From the NCBI GenBank assembly GCA_043228905.1, contig JBHGNT010000016.1:11532001-11596000 (forward strand): a stretch of DNA of 64,000 bases, written 5' to 3'. Of this stretch, positions 34,801-48,334 are shown in pieces (position 1 is the stretch's first letter; every line of letters starts with the position of its first letter). The translations under genes were made by a program, and so were the position numbers. Origin of the DNA: Azolla caroliniana. Taxonomy: Eukaryota; Plantae; Polypodiophyta. The notes below the pieces were generated by a model. The model saw only the letters and a program-made list of their open reading frames with translations. It was not told the DNA's origin and did no database searches.

Positions 34801-37664
34801 AGTTTTTGGTTATGCCTTTTGTTTTGACCAATGCTCCGGCTACTTTTCAACAAGAAATGAATGACATTTTCCAAGAACAACTTGGAAAATTTGTCGTTAT
34901 TTTCTTGGATGATATTTTAGTTTATAGCCGTACATTACAAGAACATGCTAGACATGTCCGCTTTGTTTTACAAACATTGCGTGACAAACAGTTTTATGCG
35001 AAGATCTCAAAATGTGAGTTCTTCAAGAAATCAATTACTTATCTAGGACATCTCATAACCGAACGAGGAGTTGAAATTGATCCTTCTCGCATTGAGAAAA
35101 TCAAGCTTTGGCCCACTCTTCGGAATATTCGAGAAGTTCAATCATTCCTTGGTTTTGTGGGGTTTTTGCGAAAGTCTCTTCGTAATTACTCCCAATTGAC
35201 GACGCCATTTACTGATCTTTTAAAAGGTCAAACGCGTAAGTCTACAAAACCTATTGTGTGGAATGCTACACTAGACCTCGCCTTTAAGGAACTCAAGGAC
35301 CTGGTTTGCAAGGCTCCTTCACTTCTTTTACCTGATCCTTCAAAACCTTTTGAGGTTGAAACTGATGCAAGCGATTATGCTATAGGTGTTGTCTTGTATC
35401 AAAATGGTAAACCAATAGCATTCGAGAGTAAGAAACTTGATTCTGCTCAATGTCGGTATACCGTTCAAGAAAAGGAATTATTTGCAGTTATACATGCGCT
35501 CAAAACATGCCGCCATTATCTTTATGGAAATCACTTTGTGGTAACTACGGACCACGAGTCCTTGAAATATTTTTGTGACCAACAAGACCTAAAAGGTCGT
35601 AAGGCATGATGGGCTGATCTCATCCAGGACTTTGATTTTTCCATACGATATCGTAAAGGTTCCACGAACACTGTCACTGATGCACTAAGTCGCATCCGTG
35701 AAGTTAACATGCTTAGCTTCACTGCAATATCATCAAATCTTTATGATCACCTTCGAGGAAAGTATCCTGATGACAGTTATTTCGCAAAATATTGGGCAAG
35801 AGTTGAGTCTGGAACAGACACCACCACATCCTCGAAGGAATACTTCCACATTGCTAACGGTTTGCTCTACCGTAATGGGAAGGTTTGTGTTCCAGATTTA
35901 CCCGAGGTCAAAAAGAGGATTCTTTTTTAATGCCATGATGCACCCTCAGCAGGGCACCCTGGAATACATCGTACACTCGTTCTCATCTCCACTCAATTTT
36001 ATTGGCCTAAGATGCGTCCTGACATACATAGCTATGTGACTAAATGTCACCAGTGTCAGGTTAACAAAGCCGAGCGACTTAAAGCCACAGGACTTTTACA
36101 TCCCCTGGACATTCCCAATAATAAGTGGGAAAGTATATCCATGGATTTTATTGTTAGCCTTCCTCGCACCCAAAAAGGTCATGATGCCATCTGGGTTGTC
36201 GTTGATCGACTAACTAAAATGGCCAGATTTATTGCTACTAAAACCACGGTAACAGCTCCTGAATTGGCTTACCAATTCGTTGACGAATTGTTTCGTTTTT
36301 ATGGGTTACCGATGGATATCGTGAGTGATCGAGATCCAAAGTTTACTAGTGACTTCTGGACACAAGTCTTTAAGAAGTTAGAAACTACGTTGAGCATGAG
36401 CTCCACGGATCATCCTCAATCCGATGGACAGACAGAACGAGTAAATCAAATTATTGAGGACATGCTTCGAGCATACGTTGGTGCAAAACCAACAAAATGG
36501 GAACGTTATCTCCCAATTTTGGAGTTTGCTTATAACAGCTCCAAGCATACGTCGACGGGATATAGTCCTTTTATGTTGATGTATGGTTTTCAGCCACGAG
36601 CCCCGATTGATGTTAATATACATCATGATGAGTTGCGAAGTACGCAAAACTTTCTTCGGGATATGCAAGATATGTTGCATATTGCACGAGATAATATAAA
36701 AACAGCTCAAGATAGAGCGCGTTTTTATGCCGATCATCATAGGCAACCTCGTGTATTCAACCCTGGACAGAAGGTATTTTTACGTGTACCTCACAATTCT
36801 AAGACATTGTCTACGGGTAAGTGCGCTAAGTTAGCCCCATGGTTTTGTGGACCTTTTACAGTCCTCAAACGCATTGGGTCATCAGCCTATCGTCTCGCTC
36901 TTCCCGATCGTGTCGGAATTCATCCAGTCTTTCATGTGAGTCGTCTAAAAGAACTTCTAGGTTCTGGCGACAATACAGTTACGACTGAAACTCTAGTTAC
37001 TTCTGAAGAATTATCTTCTAAACCACATGTACCAGAAAGAATTCTCAATGTTAAAACAAAAAAATTACGTACTAAAGAAATCCGAGAATTTAAAATAAAA
37101 TGGATGGATAAATCAATAAAAGATGCCACATGGGAACGCGAAAATACTCTTAGAACTAACTTCCCTAACTTTCCATTGCAAGAGTGCAATGTTTTAAAGA
37201 GGGGGAGTATGTTACGGGCATGACCATTTAATATCCCGTGGTGAGAATTTACCGTAGTATTCTATACACGTGGATAAGTGTGAGGGTTAAACGAGAGTGT
37301 AAAGAAGGGGAGGATTACTTTTAATCCTCGGGATTGAGACAACCCATTAGGTCAAGTGTGAACTTGCCTGGGGGCCTTGGGTATCGCTATAAATAAGAGG
37401 CCTAGCTACCCTCATTGGATCATCTTTTGACTACATCGAGACTCTGCTCGTGTGGTGGGTCAACTCTTGTAGCGAGCGCGCCAGCACCAGGTACGACTCG
37501 ACGCCACGGCGGTGGTATGGGACGCCGATCGAGGCTCGAGTCCGTCTCGATCCCTTCGCTCGGGGGTGGTCGGGTGGATCGGCACCCTTCTTTCTCTTTC
37601 TCCTTTCTATCTTTCATTTCTTTATCCTTATCTTAAGCTTACTCTAGTACTTAGATCTATAATA
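31881..37664 (+). mobile_element. Young Ty3/gypsy chromovirus, coding-defective
   Basis: TSD TTCTT (31876-80 / 37665-69); 455-bp LTRs 31881-32335 and 37210-37664 with one substitution seen; PBS TGGTATCAGA at 32338; PPT AAGAGGGGGAG just before 37210. Confidence 0.96.
33504..37223 (+). pseudogene. pol: Gag zinc knuckle-PR-RT-RH-INT-chromodomain reading frame with in-frame stops
   Basis: [14 protein letters not shown] (33627-33668) in frame with [26 protein letters not shown] and the integrase. Chromodomain PERIL...FKIKW...DATWE. Stops at 35607 and 35928. Confidence 0.9.
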
Positions 37665-39699
37665 TTCTTCCTCGATGAAGCACCCGAGATGCGTAAACCG
37701 AACCTGCATCCCGTGGTCGACGATCTATCTGACCGACACCAGGTTCTTCGTGATTGTTGGAACGTGTAACATGTTCATGAGTTTCCCTTTCTACCCGACA
37801 TGGCTCAAGGGAACTTCACTGACATTCGCGATTGGATGTGGAGTGTCGTCTCCGGTTGCGACTACTCCCGATTGCATTAGTTTCTCAAGGTATGAGAACC
37901 ACTGCTTGTGGCATGTCATGTGGTTTGATGCGCTGGAGTCGACGTACCACACCTTGTCCGATTTTGGGGTATTCTTCTTCATTGAGTTCTCCTCATGTCT
38001 CGTCACAAAGGCTGCCCTCTTTCCGACTTTTTCGGATCCTTTGGCGTAGTCGATCGTTGCCGATTTCCTTTGTCAGTTTGTCCGGATTCGGATCCGGTTT
38101 TCTTCGAATCGGCGTGCTTCTTCCAACACTCGCTCTCCTTGTGGCCTTTCTTTCCACCATTCCAGCATTCCACAACGGGTTTCCCTTTTTGGTTCTCGTC
38201 GCCTCGACTCCCCCTGTTTCCGGAGGGTCCGGAATTGCTGTCGGCATCACTTTGGTGCCTTCTTCCTTGATCCCGTCGGCCGCCTCCATTGTGCACCGAC
38301 TCGCCTCGTCCGCCACGACCACGTGGCCTATCTCCCTCCGTGTACAACATCTTGCTGTCGGCATGCGTGCTCATCAACGCACCCACGTGGTTCTCCTCTA
38401 TAAGGAGCATCGACAGTAGGTCGAAAAACGACGGCATATTCTCCCATGTACACACAACAGTTCGGAATGCTCTAAACTTCGACACCAGTCCCCCGAGACA
38501 AATCTGCACCATCTCGCCTTCCTCGACGTTCACATCGATGGAGGCTAGGGAGTCGCATATATCTTTGACCTTCGAGGTGCAATCAGCCACCAACAAATCG
38601 CGTTGTCGCAAGTTGCTCAACTCCTGTCGGAGTTGGAGCTTTCTGGCTATGGAGCTTGTGGCGAAAATCTTTTTCAGATTTCCCCAAGCATCCTTCGGCA
38701 TTTTCGCATCCCGAATATAGCTCAGAAGTTGTTCGCCCACACAAGATGCGAAGCAGTAGAGAAGTCTGCTCGTTGACTGTTCCCAAGCTGGGAAGTCTTT
38801 GTGTGTCAAATCGGGTGTTGTGTCATTTGCTCCGTCGACACAACTCCAGTAACCGTGCCCGAGCAGGTACTGGTGCATCTTGTAAGACCAAGACGCGTAG
38901 TTGTTTCTGTTGAGCTTCTCTGTCGGAAGTGAGCAAGCCATGCCTCTATCCATTTGTTTTTCTTGTTCTTTGCGAAGGTTAGGTTTTCTTTCTTGAGCTA
39001 AGGTCGGCTGCAGAGGTTCTCAACCCTCGTGCTCTGATACCATGTGAAAAGAATAACGTGCGGAAGCAATAGAAAACCGAACACAGAAACGTAGGTTTAA
39101 TGGAGAGCTTGAATATACACAGTACACGGGAGAGACAGACAGAGAGAATGCACAAAAAACTCAATTCAAAAATAATACTCAGTCTGTACATAGGATGTGC
39201 TCAATGAGCACTTTTATACAAGTCCATACGAACTGACAAAAGTACTAACACGTACTTCAATGCTCATAACTAAGCTCTACACTAACTCCCAAAATATATT
39301 CCTACACAGAATATCTTTCCAACGGCCTTGCGGTTTACGCACCGCTACAGCTTCTTGTTGCGTACCGGTTTATGCACTTGGTTTACGCACCGGTCCGGCC
39401 TAACCGATCCGGTTCTCAGCTTGCACAACTGATCCGGCCAATGTTGAGCTTGTATCTCAACATGTTCTGGTAAAGGAGTTTGGCGGTAATGTAAGATAGT
39501 CTCTTGGGCATACTCTATGCCATCTGTCTTCTTCTATTTCTCTTCTCTGTCTCTATGCATACCTTCACATATATAGAAACAGTGCACTATACCTCCATTA
39601 TTACTTGCTTGCTAGCTCCACAAACAAGATCGATACACGTTTCCGCATCAGTCGGCCTACGTCTTATCATATAGCAGCTGACCAAGTCACCCACAATGT

Positions 39700-40320
39700 C
39701 AATAAAGTTGTTGGTCTTTTGTGTCCCCTGGATATTCCCAACAATAAATGGAAAAGAATATCTATGGATTTTATTATTAGTTTACCTCATATACAGAGGA
39801 GTCATAATGCCATTAGGGTTGTCATTGATAGACTAACAAAATTGATTAGATTTATTCCTATCAAAAACCACAATAACTGCTTAGCAATTGGATTGCCAAT
39901 TTGTTGATGAGTTATTTTGTTTTTATGGCTTATTGATGGATATTGTTAGTGATCACAATTCCAAGTTTAGTAGTGACTTCTAGATTTAGGTCTTTCAAAA
40001 GCTAGAAACTAATTTGAACATGAGTTCCATGGATCATCCTCAATTTGATGGACAAATTAAATGTATTTACCAAATTATTTAGGACATGTTTCAAACTTAT
40101 GTAGGAAGAACTCCCTCCCTCTAAGTGGGAGCAACACCTTCGTATCTTAGGGTTTGCCAATGATAACTCAAAACATACATCCACTAGATATAGTCCTTTT
40201 ATGTTGATGTATGGTTTTTTGCCTGTGGCTTAGTTGATATCACAATTCATCATGATACATTAGACATTACACATAATGTTTTGCAAGGCATGAAGCATAT
40301 ATTGCATATTGCCAACATTC
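39700..40320 (+). mobile_element. Old gypsy integrase remnant related to 36012-36700
   Basis: PLDIPNNKWKRISMDFIISLP, with many stops. Confidence 0.8.
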
Positions 40321-41989
40321 TGTTGGAAAGCCAAACTCTTGAGACACCAAAGGTGCAAGCTAACTTTCGTCATGATGATCATGTTACCTTTTCTAAGGTA
40401 CTACTAGTCATCCTTATATTTCTCAGTTTGGGATGTCAGTTGTAGGTTGGCAATGTCTTGATCGTAACTCATGGGTATTTGAGAGGATCCGGTTCTTCTA
40501 TCTAATCTATTCACCTTTTATTTACTTCATTTTGGTCTATTGATTAGTAAGAGATTCTTAACAGTAATGATTAGTAAAAGTTGATTGCAAATTATTGAAT
40601 GCATGTACAATCAAAGTACAACCAAAGAGAGACACTATGGAGGCACATAGAAATTCCACTCCATTCAACCACAACGAAAAATTACAAGAATTTGTATATG
40701 TATGTGGCCATTACCACACACACACACACAATAATTTAAACACTCGGCCTTTCATCTACATGAATCAATGCACAAGTAAGAAGGATAACGATGACGAAAT
40801 ATGAAACCAAAGAAGACACAAAAGGTGGGGGGGGCGGTAAAGGATACATACAATTCATTCTTAGTCTTTTATACTATCAGCAATATATTTAATTTACAAG
40901 TTAATAAATATTTACATATGTACATGGTCATATGTGTATTTAAATTTTACACGCGCATATACGTAGGAATCAGGATACATATACATATATGTAAATATGT
41001 ATGTATGTATGTATATACAAATAATTGTTAATATGTATGTGTGGATAATAACGATGAAAGCTGACAGAGACTGCTCTGCGCTTTGTTCATTACCTTTTTG
41101 TGCAGGTCACGTGATCGCTCTCTCTCTCTCTCTCTCTCTTTTGGCTTCGGGGGGGGGGGAGGACGAGGGCCGTTTTCAGTCTGTCAGTCTGTCTTGTCTT
41201 CTTCTTCTTCTTCTTCTTCTTCTTCGTGTTTTTTGCTGCTGGGAGGCGTTTGTTGATGATGAACATGGATGGATGGATGGGTCAGCAGCCAGCGTCATCG
41301 CTCTCATTTCTTTCTCTTCTTCACCACCTACGAGCCTGTGTGTGTGCCCACGCATCCATGCATTTGAGCAGCGAGTGAGAAGGACCACAGACAGACAGAG
41401 AGAGAGAGAATAGTCGTAGTTATAAGTAATAATAGTAGGGGCGATAGTAGCTTGCTTCATCATCATGGCGGGCCCCGCCCACCCCTCACCCCCATCCCTG
41501 TAAGAAGATCTAGATTGTATAGACAGATATATATGTAACTAAGTTACATGAATTGAATGATAGATAGATGTTGAGAAGGGAGGCCGACATTCCATCCAAG
41601 CAGGGGGCAGGGGGCAGGGGGCAGGGGCATCCATCCATCCATCCATCCATCCATCCCTTCCGTCTTCAATCAAATACACCCCACCATCCATCCCTCATCC
41701 CCCAAAAGTAAAGAGAAAAGCAGCAGGTAAGGTATGTCCTTGTATGGTATGGTATGGTATGGTATGGTATGTGTGTGTACTTTTAAAGACCCACCTTCTT
41801 TCCTTTTATTTAATGTCTGTCAAAGTAACTTATGGTTTATGTCATAATAATAATAATATGTTATTTTAGAAATTTCCTGACTTCTAAGCAGCCTAAACCC
41901 TTTCAATCGTACCCATCCCATTCCTTCCTATAAGCTTTATAAGCTTTCCTTCCCCCTTTCTCTGCGAGGAGATTTAATAAAAGAAAGGA

Positions 41990-42068
<79 letters not shown>

Positions 42069-42414
42069 GGATGTTTCATCCTTTTTCAACCTACATATGT
42101 ATATATTTTATATGTATGTATGTATACACCACACGTGCTTATTACTATTTATTTATGATGTACATATGTATGTATATGTGGGAGGAGTAGGTGGAGAAGG
42201 CAAGGAGCAGAGCCCCATGCTTCCTCCTGCTTTACTTATAAATTATAATGATGATGGTGATGGTGATGGTGATGATGCCTTGTGTGGGATGATTATTTAA
42301 CAAACACGGTTGTGTGCACGCAGGTGAGATTGGGAGGTGACAGCTGGTTTCCTGAAAGTGAAATTAGGAGGAGGAGGAGGAGGAGGAGGAGGAGGCAGGT
42401 AGCTTGTTGTTGCT

Positions 42415-42489
<75 letters not shown>
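41990..42489. repeat. Microsatellites (TG)n(AG)n and (GGA)n upstream of MAX2
   Basis: Visible at 41990-42063, 42367-42393 and 42418-42488. Confidence 0.95.
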
Positions 42490-42492
<3 letters not shown>

Positions 42493-44976
42493 GAGGAGAA
42501 TGATGAGTGGGAGAGGACATCAACAGCTATGCCGCCGCCTCCATCTTCTCCTCCGGCGCGATGGTCTCGCATCCCGTTCCATATTCTGGAAGAAGAAGGT
42601 GAGCATCAGGAATGGGAGATGGTGGTGGGCGGTGAGCAGAAGCGGCGCAGGAGATGGTGTGATGGCGGCGGCATCTTGCCATCGGAAGCCTACTTGGAAG
42701 CAACTTGCATCGGAGATGTGCCAGAACCTATACTGGCTACCATCTTCACATGCATCACAGATCCACGAACTCGGAATTCCATGGCTTTAGTTTGTATGGA
42801 GTGGTATAGCTTAGAGAGAGCTACGAGAAGAAAGCTATGCCTCAGGGGATGTGTAAGTGATTTGTATCTCATCCCAAAGTCATTTCAAGCTGTTGTGGCC
42901 CTAGATCTCTCCCATTGCTTCCCTTGGGGTTACTCCTTGTTTCAGACCACTCCAGAGAGAGCTCTTTTGATTGCACAGACCTTGAAGTTGGCTTTTCCTC
43001 GTGTGAAGGAGATGGCCGTCTATGTGCGAGATTCCAGAGATATTGATATGGTGGCAGCCTTTTGGCCTGATCTGCAGGCTCTGAAGCTCGTAAGGTGGCA
43101 CCAGAGGCCCATCAATCAGCCTGATGAAGCAGGCGGGTTGGGCATGGAGTTCCAATTCCTGATGCAGACCTGCAAATCCCTCAGAAATATCGATCTTTCT
43201 GACTTCTATTGCTGGAGTGAAGACATACCACATGCATTGCAGGTAGAGCCAAGTGTCTCGAGGAATCTTGAAAGCCTGAGTCTTATGAAGATCTCTGATG
43301 GTTTTAAGGCCTCGGAATTAGAGGCTATCACAAATGCCTGTATGAATCTGGAGGAGTTGCGGCTCGTCCTGCTTTTCGATCCCAGGCTCCTGGATTTTGT
43401 GGATAATGATGCCCTCTTGAGCCTAGGGGCCAGGTGCAAGAGGCTACGGGTCTTGCATCTGGTGGACAGCAAGGAATTCAACCGTGGGCGGGCGGGAGAA
43501 CCAGAAGATGGACCAGTGGATGCTGAGATTGGAAAGCATGGTCTCATTGGTATGTTCCAAGCTCTCCCGTTGCTCGAAGATCTTGCCATTATGCTATCTC
43601 AGAATGTCCATGATGCAGCGCTGATATTAGAAGCACTTGGCACTCACTGCAAGAGATTGATGACCTTGAGCCTTGGCCATTTCCAAGGCCTCTGCAAAGG
43701 CCCCCAACCAGATGGTCTCGCTATGTGCTCAGGCCTAACTGAACTAGTGATAAAGAACTGTGCTGACCTTGATGACATGGGGTTGAGCTCAATAGCAACC
43801 GGCAACAAAAAGCTGCGAAAACTAGAGCTGCATTGCTGTAGAGGAATTACCAAAGATGGTCTTCACATTGTCACGCATAGATTGTGGAGGACTCTGGTCG
43901 ATGTACGTGTCTCTTGCTGCTTCCAGTTGAGTAGCATTGATACACTGTGGGCATTACAACCAATTCAGGGAACAATCGAGGAACTACACATTGATGGCAT
44001 AGTTGATAGAGATTTCCTATCAAGACAAGCCGAAATCAAAGCCATGGAAAGACATCTAGGACCGTCCTCTTCTTCTTCTTCTTCAGATAAGTTACAGGAA
44101 AATGGTACCAGATGTCCTTCACCAAAGAGTTGCCCGTTATCTGCTGATGTGCCAAATAGCACTAATGGAGATCCAGCATCCATCATAGCCGATAAGCTTG
44201 ATGTGGGCATGACTAAAAACAATTTTGACAGTAATTCCCCAGAGTCTACAGTAGGGGATGATGGGATCGACAATATAAGAACAACCCACTCTGCTGTGGA
44301 AATTGAAACAATATCAAAGTGTCCTTGTTTAAATCCAGAAATCTCGGACTTTTCTCTTTCTTTCTGTGAGAGAGAGTGGAGTAGGTTGAAATGCTTGTCT
44401 CTATGGATCCCAATTGGTGAGCTTCTTTCCCCATTGCCAGAAATGGGTCTATCCATCTGTCCATCTTTGACAGAGATTCAAATCAAAGTGGAAGGTGACT
44501 GTCGAACCTGCCCCAAGCCCAATGCTAAGCTATCTGGACTTGGTACATTTATAACCTATCCAGCATTATCAAAGTTAACCTTTGATTGTAGCGAGATTGT
44601 GGGGTATGCTCTAAGTGCTCCTGCTGGGCATATGGAGCTCAGCTTATGGGAGAGATGGTATATGCTTGGCATTCAGCAGCTACCTCTGTGGGAGCTAGAC
44701 TATTGGCCTCCACAGGACAGGGATGCAAACAGGAGGGGCATCTCTTTACCATGTGCAGGTCTCATATCCCAATGCCAGACCCTTAGGAAGCTAACAATTC
44801 ATGGAACCATCAACGAACACATGTTGAGAATGTTTTTGAAAACTCCAAATTTGCGCGATGTGCAGCTTCGAATAGATTATTATCCGGCCCCTGAGGTGGA
44901 CTTAAATACTGAGATGCGGGCAGATGCTTGTCGAAGATTCGAAGCAGCTCTGTCAGCCCGTGGTTTTCCGGATTAG
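42490..44976 (+). CDS. MAX2: F-box/LRR protein MAX2 (D3/ORE9), strigolactone/karrikin signalling; single exon, 828 aa
   Basis: F-box IGDVPEPILATIF...RNSMALVC; MAX2 signatures LKLVRWHQRP, DLSDFYCW, IKVEGDCR, MELSLWER, LDYWPPQDRD; C-terminal DYYPAPE...EMRADACRRFEAALSARGFPD. Intact ORF. Confidence 0.96.
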
Positions 44977-47399
44977 TTGATAGGATTTTCTTTTCTTTTC
45001 GTTTTTGCAACTGACCCACTGAAATGGAGGGTGCTTCACCATAATATTGCAGAATCGTCTTTTGGGCATTGAAGATATGTTTGTAACTCCGGGCTAATTC
45101 TAATATTGGAATGCATGTAAAGAAAGACTGTTTTGGGGCAGTTAATGCTTCAGCTTAAACTCAGCTGTGGGAGGGTTGCAGTTTCACTTGCACAAGCTAC
45201 TGTTGAGTTATATATGGTGGTTAAGTTCGAGAAGGATATTATTGCTTTAAGATTTCGTGTACTCTTGTTCTGTTGAAGGTGGTGTATTTTCTTCACTTCT
45301 TTCTTAGCATTTACAGCACAAAGGCATGAACTAAACTGCCCTGCCTCCTCATTAACCCACATGGTGGATACAAATGATAATATATATATACATACACACT
45401 TTTGCAGATGCCTAGCAATAAGGATGTAGGGAGGTATGGGATTGAATCCAAGTATTGCACAATGTCCTTTCAGGCACTTTTTATGAGTAGGTCTGCTTTA
45501 AAGTGGAATCCAATATGTTGTAAGATTTGATTTTCCATTACATTCTTTGGCCCAAGTATGTATGTGAAGTTCTTCCTTGCAGACGTTAATTCAGACAGTG
45601 TCCATTCATGTACTATCCACCTGCCCACTCGAGCTTTCAAAGCTCCACATCTTGCTTGGAAATTCACACTCCGTAATTTATTAAGCTCCACATTTCTATG
45701 TCTTTAAGGCCTTGATGGCTTGTGTCACATCTGGTTTCATTAGAAGATGTACTTGTTTGGAGTGTTTCAAAGAAATACGAACTGTAGTCCTTTGGATTTT
45801 TTTATTATATGTCTGAGAGCATGAATACAACGACTTTTATTTTTGTACTTATTTCTTTCACTATATGTGTTTGATGTTAGTAGAGTTCAGTTGCAAGAAC
45901 TGGCAAATCTAATTTCCTTTGAGCCTATGTCAAGAACCCAATCCTCATACTGCAATTGTAAAATAGACACTAACACCCAAGGTGGAAGGATGAGACATAA
46001 TTTGGTAGAATGTGGGAAATTTTGATAGATTGGGCAGTAAGTGAGCATGGCTAGACATTGGAACATGGAAATTCACCACTTAATTTACCTTGACGATATC
46101 TCACATGAAGCGAAGCTTGGCTTTGGCTTGCTATTTTAGCAGCACACAAGCTCATCACGATGTTTAGAACTACGTGAATGGGATTTCATATACATCTTGA
46201 TTGTTGATATTTGTGGAAAACACAAGGAATGCATAAACAATTAATTCAGTCGTAAATATGATGGAGAGTAATGAAAGAGGGCATTCAAACACAATTCACT
46301 AGTAGGATTTATTGCACAGAGCTATATGTATATAGCTCATCTCCTAAATGAGCATTACATTTACAGCAAGGTGGGTGTAGTGAAGGATAAACATTGTAAG
46401 GATACCTTTATACAATACATTGTTAACCAAAAGCTAAGAGCTTAGCCTATTTGTCATATTAAATGCATCCCCTGTTAGCACTTGTTCACACCTACAATTC
46501 TCTTGAAGTGCTTGGATGAATGGGGGGTTGAGCAAACAAGTGGAGTTGAGCAAGTAAGTGCACATGAAAGAATTGGGTGCAACCCATGAAATGATGGGGT
46601 GAAGGTGGGCAAGATGGATAGATGAGTTACCAAAGTTGTTGAATCCAAAACCTCTTTGACTTCTTACTCATTCCCATCCATCAATCCCATTCTAGGAAGC
46701 CACTCAAGTTGGCTACCGAGAATCAAGGACTCATGGTAAGGCACCAAGAGCATTGTGTGGAATGTGTTGTCATGCCAAAATGCTATTGATGTCATGTTGC
46801 CATTGGAACACATTGTGAGCCATATCTACATCAAGCATATTCATCGGTAGCGAAAAGGGTGTGAGACGGAAGAACATCTAGGGTTTAATGTAAGTTTGAC
46901 ACATTTGTAAATAAATTGAGGAAATGGGCTTCAAATCCTATATCTCAACATTATGAAACATTATAACTACCAATAGAATAGTGTAATTATAATAATAAAA
47001 TCTCCTAGATAAGGAAAAACATTCATACAAGTATAGAATTAAAGCTAAAGATGATACGCCAAGTTGCAACATGTACTTACATTTTCTAACATGAGCAAAA
47101 GTAGCAAACATGTGAACAAACTTTCTATCATGTGTGCCATTCAATAAGCATCTCATTAACTCATATGATATATCTAAGATATCAAAAATCAAGTGCTACT
47201 TTTCCTAAAGTTTTTTTAATGTCCCTCTAATATTTGAAGCTCAAAGTTCTTTCTCAATTGAGTTAATTTCCATCATTCTAAATCATTTTCTTTATACTCT
47301 AACCTTACACCATATCACCAATATATATTTCTCTTCATCCTTTCATATAGAACCCTAATTGTAATTCCCCTTGGCACAAACAAATTGATCATGCTAGGA

Positions 47400-48260
47400 C
47401 ACAACATTTGGTGAACTTGTGGTAAGGAGACAATGTATAAAGGAGAGATGTCAATCATGATTGACTGGTTTGAGAGAATCCTACAAGAGTAGAGAACTAT
47501 GATAGAGATAGGGAGGACTATCCTTTAGATATTAGAGTGTGATGACCAATTGAATGACACATGATCCTCTATCTCAAAGTGGAGATGTTAGGACGAGGAG
47601 TCCCATTGATAGATGTTGAAAATCTTTGCATGAGCAAGTGGAGGGGGATGAAGGAAAAAGGTTGATACGTGAGACAAAGGGATTTGAGTAGAGGACATAG
47701 GGCTTACAAAAGTGTAGTTGTGATGGGGAGAAGCTAGGATGTCACCAACAAGCTATGCGTGCATCATCATGCGTTATCAAAGGTTTGGTTGTACCCATAT
47801 AAAAGACAAAGTTGAGGTTTTGGGAAGGGTAGCCAATTGAACAAAGTAATAGGTGTATTTGTCGAGGGTCGTAAAAGTCGGTCCAAGACAAAATCGATAA
47901 AGGGCAGGGGGGGGGGGGGGGTATAGATATGGAAAGCATGTAGTGCAAGTTGTGGAGAGAACAATGGACCCTTCAATTTTTTCCTTAGAAAAAGGTAATC
48001 ACCATGTAGCACCTGATCTCATCTCAGTTGTTGTCATATATGTTTTGACCAAGGAACCAAGCTGCAAATGGGTGATCATCTAGTCAATAAAAATGACCCA
48101 TGTTGAAGAGTTCGACAAAATGTGTGCATGTGGTAGTGTCATGGTCGGAGGTGGTACGGTTGCAAATGAAGATGAATGATATGGTATTTCATCATCAAGC
48201 GTTCCCAACAAAGACGATCAATGGTGATAGGGTTTCTATGATGAAACGATATATGAAATG
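47400..48260. mobile_element. Highly decayed retroelement remnant
   Basis: ACAACA-TT-TGGTGAACT at ~47401 resembles an LTR end followed by a Trp-type PBS. The following sequence is purine-rich with no intact ORF. Confidence 0.25.
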
Positions 48261-48334
48261 CGAGTTATGGGAGTGTTATAGGGCGGGAAAGTAGAGGTTA
48301 ATGTGAGGTATGGTAGTTCTGTAGGGAAAGTGAA

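Larger units (their letters stand above)
26964..39462 (-). mobile_element. Full-length degenerate Ty1/copia element hosting three nested insertions
   Basis: TSD TGTTC (26959-63 / 39463-67); LTRs 39043-39462 and 26964-27370; PBS TGGTATCAGAGC at 39042-39031; PPT 27371-80; gag 38003-38953, PR ~37900, INT 30739-31839, RT/RH ~28370-30400. Confidence 0.95.

Noticed and set aside
42418-42489. ORF-track start of MAX2 (MCVCVCERERE...)
   Set aside because: A GTG start inside a microsatellite. The first ATG is at 42490.
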